Origin: Bacilli bacterium | GTDB lineage: Bacteria > Bacillota_I > Bacilli_A > RF39 > UBA660 | Reading direction: 5' to 3' | NCBI GenBank assembly: GCA_017541325.1 | Contig: JAFXZI010000014.1 | Span: 45,741-109,740 of the forward strand | Length of the DNA: 64,000 nt | Shown: positions 58,311 to 64,000 of the stretch, in pieces | Position numbering within the stretch: the stretch's first letter is position 1 | How the letters are laid out: each line of letters begins with the position of its first letter | Translations under genes and position numbers: made by a program | The notes under the pieces: generated by a model | The model's database searches: none | What the model was told of the DNA's origin: nothing | The model's input: only the letters and a program-made list of their open reading frames with translations

Positions 58311-59245
58311 AATCTTACCTTCCTATAATTATATAATTCTATAAGTAAAAGAATACCTATTAAAGGAGTTATAAAATAATATGTATCTTTATAAATATAC
58401 TTTTTTTGATCTCCCTTAACACTATTTTTTTCTTTACTAATTTCATTTATACTTTTATCTACTTCATTTGTACTAGTCATATGAATATAGTCAATTCCAA
58501 GATCTAATGCAATATTTTTCATATTATCTTCATCTATTTTAGAGAATGCTTTTGTACTTCTATAATTTTCATCATAATAATATAAATCTTCTGCTTCTCC
58601 GTAATAAGTATCTATCTTTATAGTAGATCCTTTTGTCGTTCCATATCCTAAAACTGCTCCACCATCTATATATTTTTTTAAATGATTTAGACTATCTTCT
58701 CCAGAGTCACTTGTATTTTCTCCATCTGTAAAAATATATACTATTACTTTATGATCAGTATCTTTTTCTTTTTCTAACATTTTTTCAAGTTGATTTCTAA
58801 ATAAAGTTACTTTTGTACCTCTTGCATAATATTTATTGATTACAGTTATAGAATCAACCGATGCTGAAATAGCATTAGCATCTTTTGTCATAATCATTCT
58901 TGTATAGGCATTATTATCAAAAGTTATAGTAGCATAACTTGCTCCTGCAGTTTTATCAATTATATAATTAATATCTTTTTTTACTTGATCAAGTCTAGTA
59001 GGTTTAACATCATTCGCAGCCATACTAAGAGTTGAATCAACAATAAATATAATATCTAAATTGTTTTCAAATACTGTTATATCTCCATTAGGTAGCATTA
59101 TTCTTAAATTAACGATAAATAATATTACTAATAATAAAAATCTAATTAGTTTTTTTATTCCTGTACTATAAATTAATACCATCAATAGTATAAATATAGA
59201 TAAAGGAATCATTATCCATAAAGATATAATAGGATTAATTATCAT
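58307..59245 (-). CDS. von Willebrand factor A domain membrane protein (BatB-like)
   Basis: 312 aa. Two N-terminal TM segments. MIDAS motif IIFIVDSTLSM (DxSxS). C-terminal TM segment. Confidence 0.75.
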   Translation of the reverse strand: MIINPIISLWIMIPLSIFILLMVLIYSTGIKKLIRFLLLVILFIVNLRIMLPNGDITVFENNLDIIFIVDSTLSMAANDVKPTRLDQVKKDINYIIDKTAGASYATITFDNNAYTRMIMTKDANAISASVDSITVINKYYARGTKVTLFRNQLEKMLEKEKDTDHKVIVYIFTDGENTSDSGEDSLNHLKKYIDGGAVLGYGTTKGSTIKIDTYYGEAEDLYYYDENYRSTKAFSKIDEDNMKNIALDLGIDYIHMTSTNEVDKSINEISKEKNSVKGDQKKYIYKDTYYFITPLIGILLLIELYNYRKVRL

Positions 59246-60231
59246 CTAATCAACTCCTTATCTATAAATAGTAAAACAACAAAAGAAATCATTAATAGAA
59301 TAAATGGTACTTCTGGTTGATCATACTCTACTTCTTGCTTTTTTCCTTCTAATAAGCTTGTTTCTTTTTTATTTATTTCATTAACAATTACACTAACATC
59401 ATCTGTTTGAATATATGATTTACCTCCAGTTGTTTTAGCTGCTTCTTGAAGTATACTAATATCCTTTTTAAAAGCAAAAGTAGGTGCGATAGTATAAAGA
59501 GTTATATCTTTCTTTTTAGCTAATTTAGAAGCTTCAGTAACATCTATTAATTCTTTTCCTAATACATCGTTATCTGTAACTAAAATAATTGATCTAGTTC
59601 TTTTCTCATCTAATTTTGGAAAAGCAAAAATACAAGAAGCTAATCCATCTCCTATTAAAGAAGAACCTCTACTTCTATCAGTTAAAGTACCATCTGTTAC
59701 ATACATATCATGAGTTGTAAACATACATGTTAAATCATTACGGCAAGTTAATGACTTATTCATTTTAGTTAATACTTCTTTTAAATAATCATAATCTTCT
59801 GTAAGAGGTGCTAATAAGTAAGAAGTACTATTAAAAATAGAAATACCAATTCTTTCTCCTTTTAATCCATCTATTAATTTTATATATTCATCTATAAACT
59901 CTATATTTAACTGATCAGTTGATGATGAAACATCTAAACATAACATAATATCTCTATTATATTTTTCTTCTTTTATAATGCTTCTATTAACAATTCTAGA
60001 AGATAATACTGAAGATGAGATAATTCCTAAAAATAAGACACCATAAATAAGATATAGTAATACTCTATATCTAAACAAAATATTTTTATAATACGCTGTT
60101 CTTTTTACTATATTAGTATTAGCAATTTTAATATTATTTTTCTTTTTTTCTTTTTTTAATCTACTAATAAAAAATACAATAATAAAAAGAACAATGAATA
60201 TAAATATAAATGCTGGATATCTTATTTCCAT
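59242..60231 (-). CDS. von Willebrand factor A domain membrane protein (BatA-like)
   Basis: 329 aa. N-terminal TM segments. MIDAS IMLCLDVSSSTD. C-terminal TM segment. Confidence 0.75.
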   Translation of the reverse strand: MEIRYPAFIFIFIVLFIIVFFISRLKKEKKKNNIKIANTNIVKRTAYYKNILFRYRVLLYLIYGVLFLGIISSSVLSSRIVNRSIIKEEKYNRDIMLCLDVSSSTDQLNIEFIDEYIKLIDGLKGERIGISIFNSTSYLLAPLTEDYDYLKEVLTKMNKSLTCRNDLTCMFTTHDMYVTDGTLTDRSRGSSLIGDGLASCIFAFPKLDEKRTRSIILVTDNDVLGKELIDVTEASKLAKKKDITLYTIAPTFAFKKDISILQEAAKTTGGKSYIQTDDVSVIVNEINKKETSLLEGKKQEVEYDQPEVPFILLMISFVVLLFIDKELIR

Positions 60232-60677
60232 TCTTCTATTACCTTCCTTGTTTTATTAATGGAAGAAATAATGTCTCCCTTATTATTCTTTGAAAATTCT
60301 GGTTCATAATACTCTTTAATTAGATCATATAAAATACCAGTATCTTTTTCTTTTATTTCCGATAAACTACTTTTAAGTAAATCTATATCTGTAGCATCTA
60401 ATACAAAACTTCTTATTAAAACACTCAATCTATTATAAGCAGTTCTACTTTTTATTTTATTAGAATTTATTTCATTATAAAGACTATCTATTTGATATAG
60501 ATATTTCTTTTTTATTATTAAAATATCTTTAGTTATAATATTATTCTTTGGGGTTGGTTTATGTTTAAAAAGTACATATAAAAAATATGCTACTAAAGAT
60601 ACAAGTAATATTATAAAAAGAATAAAACCAACGATATTATAACTAAATTGTCCTTCTAAACTAACTTTTGACTGCAT
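60222..60677 (-). CDS. small membrane protein of the MoxR-VWA operon
   Basis: 151 aa with one TM segment. Overlaps both neighbours by a few nt. Confidence 0.5.
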   Translation of the reverse strand: MQSKVSLEGQFSYNIVGFILFIILLVSLVAYFLYVLFKHKPTPKNNIITKDILIIKKKYLYQIDSLYNEINSNKIKSRTAYNRLSVLIRSFVLDATDIDLLKSSLSEIKEKDTGILYDLIKEYYEPEFSKNNKGDIISSINKTRKVIEEWK

Positions 60678-61536
60678 GATTATGCCTTTCTAATAAATCA
60701 ATAATTTTATTAACTATTTCATTTTTGCTATTAATTGTTGTAGAACTTACTCTGTACTTAGTAAATAAATAAGATTGTTCTTCAATTAATTCTTGTTTTA
60801 TATTTTCTTCTACTTGTTTTAAAGCATAATTCTTAGAAAATAATTTAGGTACATTATTTTTAGAATCCAAATCATATAAATCATCACCAAATAAAGATGC
60901 ATCAGATATATTTATAAATAATAAATCATGAGATGCAGTAACATTTTTTAATAATTGATTATCTATACTTTCCATTCCCGAAATATCAGAAATAATTACA
61001 AAAATCATCTTTCTTTTAGAATTATCCATACAATAATTAATTCTATCTAAAAGAGTATAATTATTCTCTTCTGTTACATGGTTTTCTAAGTCATTTAGAG
61101 TTAATTCTACATTTAATATACTTTCTTTAAAACTAGTCATATATAAAGTATTTTCTTTTACATAAGAAGTTGCGACCTCATCTCCATTTTTACAAACTAA
61201 ATAAGCAAGAGTTCCATATACGTACATTAGAACATCTCTTTTGTGTTCATAACTTGAAGTAACTCCATCCATCTTTATATTGTTATCAATTATAAAAACA
61301 ACATTATGTCTTTTTAATGCTTCATACCTTCTAACTAAAAGAGAACCATTTCTAATAGATGATTTCCAATCTATATCTTTACTTTCATCTCCTAAAGTAT
61401 AATCTCTTAAATCATCAAAATCCATACTACGACCTTTATAAATAGAACGATATAGCCCATTTAATAAAGCGATTGCTTTTTTAGATGAATTAATAGATAT
61501 ATTTGCTTTTATTTTTTCTATATATTTTGTTTTCAT
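60661..61536 (-). CDS. DUF58-family protein (MoxR-associated)
   Basis: 291 aa. DUF58 core ..MDFDDLRDYTLGDESKDIDWKSSIRNGSLLVRRYE... Confidence 0.85.
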   Translation of the reverse strand: MKTKYIEKIKANISINSSKKAIALLNGLYRSIYKGRSMDFDDLRDYTLGDESKDIDWKSSIRNGSLLVRRYEALKRHNVVFIIDNNIKMDGVTSSYEHKRDVLMYVYGTLAYLVCKNGDEVATSYVKENTLYMTSFKESILNVELTLNDLENHVTEENNYTLLDRINYCMDNSKRKMIFVIISDISGMESIDNQLLKNVTASHDLLFINISDASLFGDDLYDLDSKNNVPKLFSKNYALKQVEENIKQELIEEQSYLFTKYRVSSTTINSKNEIVNKIIDLLERHNHAVKS

Positions 61537-62522
61537 GGAGTATCTATTGCTCCTACAATAGCATCTATAATTTGTTCTGTAGTAATTCCATCAGCAACAG
61601 CAGCATAATTAAGTTCAATTCTATGTCTTAAAATACTATGAATCATCTCTTTACAATCATCTGGTGTAACATAATTACGACCATTTAAAATAGCTAGAGC
61701 CTTACTAACATTCATAATAGCAATACTTCCTCTAGGAGATGCTCCAATTTCTATATAATTAGCTAAATCTTCATGAATAAATTCATGTGGATGACGTGTT
61801 GCATAAATAATTCTAGAAATATAACTCTTTATAGTTCCATCTACATAAACTTTCTTTGTTAATTCTTGTAAATATTTAATAGCACTTATATCTAATATTT
61901 TAGGATTATCAATAATTACTCCACTTTCTACTCTATTTAATATTTCTATTTCTTCTTCTATAGTTGGATAATTAATAACTTCTTTTAGCAAAAATCTATC
62001 TAATTGTGCTTCTGCAAGTAAATAAGTACCTTCTTGTTCAATAGGATTTTGTGTTGCAATAACTATAAAAGGATCTGGTACATTATAAGTTACACCAGCA
62101 ATAGTTAATTTCTTTTCTTGCATAACTTCAAGCATAGCACTTTGAGTTTTTGCACTAGATCTATTTATTTCATCTAATAGAACAAAGTTAGCATTAACTG
62201 GTCCAATTATAGTTTCAAATTTATTAGTAGAATAATTGAATATTTGTGTTCCAACTATATCACTAGGAAGTAAATCAGGTGTACATTGAATTTTACTAAA
62301 TTTAGCAGAAAAAGCATCTGTTAATACTTTAGCAGCAGTTGTTTTTGCAAGTCCTGGAACAGACTCAAGTAAAATATGCCCTTCTGTCATTAAAGCTACT
62401 AGTAGTGCCTTTTTTAAATTACTTTGCCCAACTATTCTATAATCATAATATGCTGATATCTTATTTATAATTGTAGCTGCTTCATTTAATTCTTCTTCTC
62501 TTAATTCATTATTCATATACAC
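61533..62522 (-). CDS. MoxR-family AAA+ ATPase
   Basis: 329 aa. ..IVGQSNLKKALLVALMTEGHILLESVPGLAKTTAAKVL.. (Walker A), ..FIVIATQNPIEQEGTY.. (sensor/MoxR signature). Confidence 0.9.
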   Translation of the reverse strand: MYMNNELREEELNEAATIINKISAYYDYRIVGQSNLKKALLVALMTEGHILLESVPGLAKTTAAKVLTDAFSAKFSKIQCTPDLLPSDIVGTQIFNYSTNKFETIIGPVNANFVLLDEINRSSAKTQSAMLEVMQEKKLTIAGVTYNVPDPFIVIATQNPIEQEGTYLLAEAQLDRFLLKEVINYPTIEEEIEILNRVESGVIIDNPKILDISAIKYLQELTKKVYVDGTIKSYISRIIYATRHPHEFIHEDLANYIEIGASPRGSIAIMNVSKALAILNGRNYVTPDDCKEMIHSILRHRIELNYAAVADGITTEQIIDAIVGAIDTP

Positions 62523-62577
62523 TTCACCTATTATAAATTATACCAATAAAAAAAGACTAAAAGTAGTCTTTTATTTA

Positions 62578-63123
62578 TTAAACGTCAACCTTTACATCTG
62601 CTTTTTTCTTTTCATCTGCTTCAAAAAATTCTTTTTTAGTTAAACCTTTTGAGTTAGCAATAACACTTTTTGGAAATGTAACTAGCATTTGATTAAAATG
62701 AGAAACATTTGCATTATACATTCTTCTAGCAGCTTGTAAATGTTCTTCTGTATCAGCAATTGCTTGTTGTAATGTTTTATAATTTTCACTAGATTTAAGT
62801 TCAGGATATGATTCTGCTAAAACATTAATTTTTTCAAAGTTAGCATCCATTTTTTCACTTTCTTTAGCTTTTTCATCAACACTCATACCTTTTCTTAAAT
62901 TAATAACTTCAAATAAAGTTTCTTTTTCATGTTTAGCATATCCTTTAACTACATCAATCATTTTTGTTAAAACATCATATCTTTTTTCTAAAGCTACATC
63001 TATTCCAGATTCTGCTTCTTCAATTTTAACTTGTGCTCTATTTAAACTATTAGAAATTGAAATAACACATAATATAATTATTAAAACTACTGCAACAATT
63101 ATTCCGACATATAATAGATCCAT
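62578..63123 (-). CDS. lemA: LemA-family protein
   Basis: 181 aa. N-terminal TM segment, then ..LNRAQVKIEEAESGIDVALEKRYDVL..VKGYAKHEKETLFEVINLR.. LemA core. Confidence 0.85.
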   Translation of the reverse strand: MDLLYVGIIVAVVLIIILCVISISNSLNRAQVKIEEAESGIDVALEKRYDVLTKMIDVVKGYAKHEKETLFEVINLRKGMSVDEKAKESEKMDANFEKINVLAESYPELKSSENYKTLQQAIADTEEHLQAARRMYNANVSHFNQMLVTFPKSVIANSKGLTKKEFFEADEKKKADVKVDV

Positions 63124-63165
63124 AAGTTCACCTCCTTCATATCATGATTTAATTATAACAAATTA

Positions 63166-63978
63166 CTATTCATTTTTAAATAATTCTTTATTATCTTCTA
63201 TTTCATCTGAAATACTTTTTATAAAACTAATTTGATCAGATAATTCTTTTATAGCAGTTTCTGAATTATTATGTATTTTATTTAGATTAAATAAATTATT
63301 AGAACTTTTTAAAAGAACATGCATCTTATCTGATTCAAAAATTACACATATAGGACACTTAGCACGATTTTTTATTCTTTTAATTTGTTCAATAACGGTT
63401 GGAGTTAAAACATAAAAAACTTCTTGTTCATCGCTGCCACTAATATTAAAATTTTCCATAAAACTAGCATCTTCTATTTTATACTTTTCTCCTATGGCTC
63501 TCATTCTTTTATCACAAACATATATTTCACTTTTTATTTCTTTATAAAAATCAAAAACTAACCATTGGCCAGTAAACTCGGAAGGAAAATTCTGATCACT
63601 ATTATCAAAGTAAAAGACATCATATATTTCTATTGTTTTATTATTATATTTTCCTTTAAAATAATCATTTATAATATTAAAATGAAACACAAACTTCTTT
63701 GTATTAAGATATAATTCCATGTCTTCTATCAGATTATCATCATGACGGAATACATTGTTACCGAATTCTTTTTCTAATAACTCTTTAACTATTGTATCTT
63801 TTATTTCTTTAGATTTATCATCCATCATAGATAAAATGCAAAAGAATAATACAACTCCAATACCATATGTAACAAAATATGCAATAAAATTAGGATATTG
63901 AATATTCGTCTTAAAAATAGCATTAATAATCATTAGAATAAATGGGGAAAAGAATAAAATAAACATAACAGTCCACAT
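63166..63978 (-). CDS. LemA-associated membrane protein (DUF3137-like?)
   Basis: 270 aa with two N-terminal TM segments. Position immediately upstream of lemA matches the common LemA/DUF3137 pairing. Family call is tentative. Confidence 0.4.
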   Translation of the reverse strand: MWTVMFILFFSPFILMIINAIFKTNIQYPNFIAYFVTYGIGVVLFFCILSMMDDKSKEIKDTIVKELLEKEFGNNVFRHDDNLIEDMELYLNTKKFVFHFNIINDYFKGKYNNKTIEIYDVFYFDNSDQNFPSEFTGQWLVFDFYKEIKSEIYVCDKRMRAIGEKYKIEDASFMENFNISGSDEQEVFYVLTPTVIEQIKRIKNRAKCPICVIFESDKMHVLLKSSNNLFNLNKIHNNSETAIKELSDQISFIKSISDEIEDNKELFKNE

Positions 63979-64000
63979 AAGAATATACTGAATATTTATT

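Overview
This 64-kb window is chromosomal DNA from a very AT-rich, low-GC Gram-positive-type genome (Bacillota-like; standard genetic code, AGGAGG/GGTGA ribosome-binding sites, rho-independent terminators, T-box leaders). About 63 genes are tightly packed and almost all lie on the minus strand. I found no integrase, transposase, CRISPR array or phage genes.

Housekeeping content:
- Five aminoacyl-tRNA synthetases (glyQS, proS, hisS-aspS, gltX); the Gly, Pro and His units carry T-box leaders.
- greA, pyk, a murF-like/ddl pair, yqeG-yqeH, fmt (TTG start), radC, tmcAL, a DAHP-synthase-type gene, and a tRNA-Ile/Asn/Glu operon.

Accessory-like content:
- A complete Tad-type pilus operon (TadE-like pseudopilins, CpaE, CpaF, TadB, TadC) fused behind murF-ddl.
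- A MoxR-DUF58-VWA-VWA-TPR (Bat-like) operon with a LemA/DUF3137-like pair.
- A stomatin/NfeD pair.
- Many membrane-anchored low-complexity surface proteins.

Candidates most worth a second look:
1. A 1,150-aa orphan protein with a C-terminal Pol-beta-type nucleotidyltransferase signature plus a GNAT-fold neighbour, directly downstream of the tRNA cluster.
2. A MurF-like ligase whose N-terminal substrate-binding domain is replaced by a five-helix membrane domain.
3. Two giant proteins with prepilin-type N-termini fused to adhesin-like domains (BspA-type LRR; repeat modules plus an extremely Cys-rich C-terminus).
4. A cytoplasmic transglutaminase-like Cys-protease-fold protein paired with a small charged protein next to radC.

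Functions are assigned from recognised sequence motifs only; no database searches were run.
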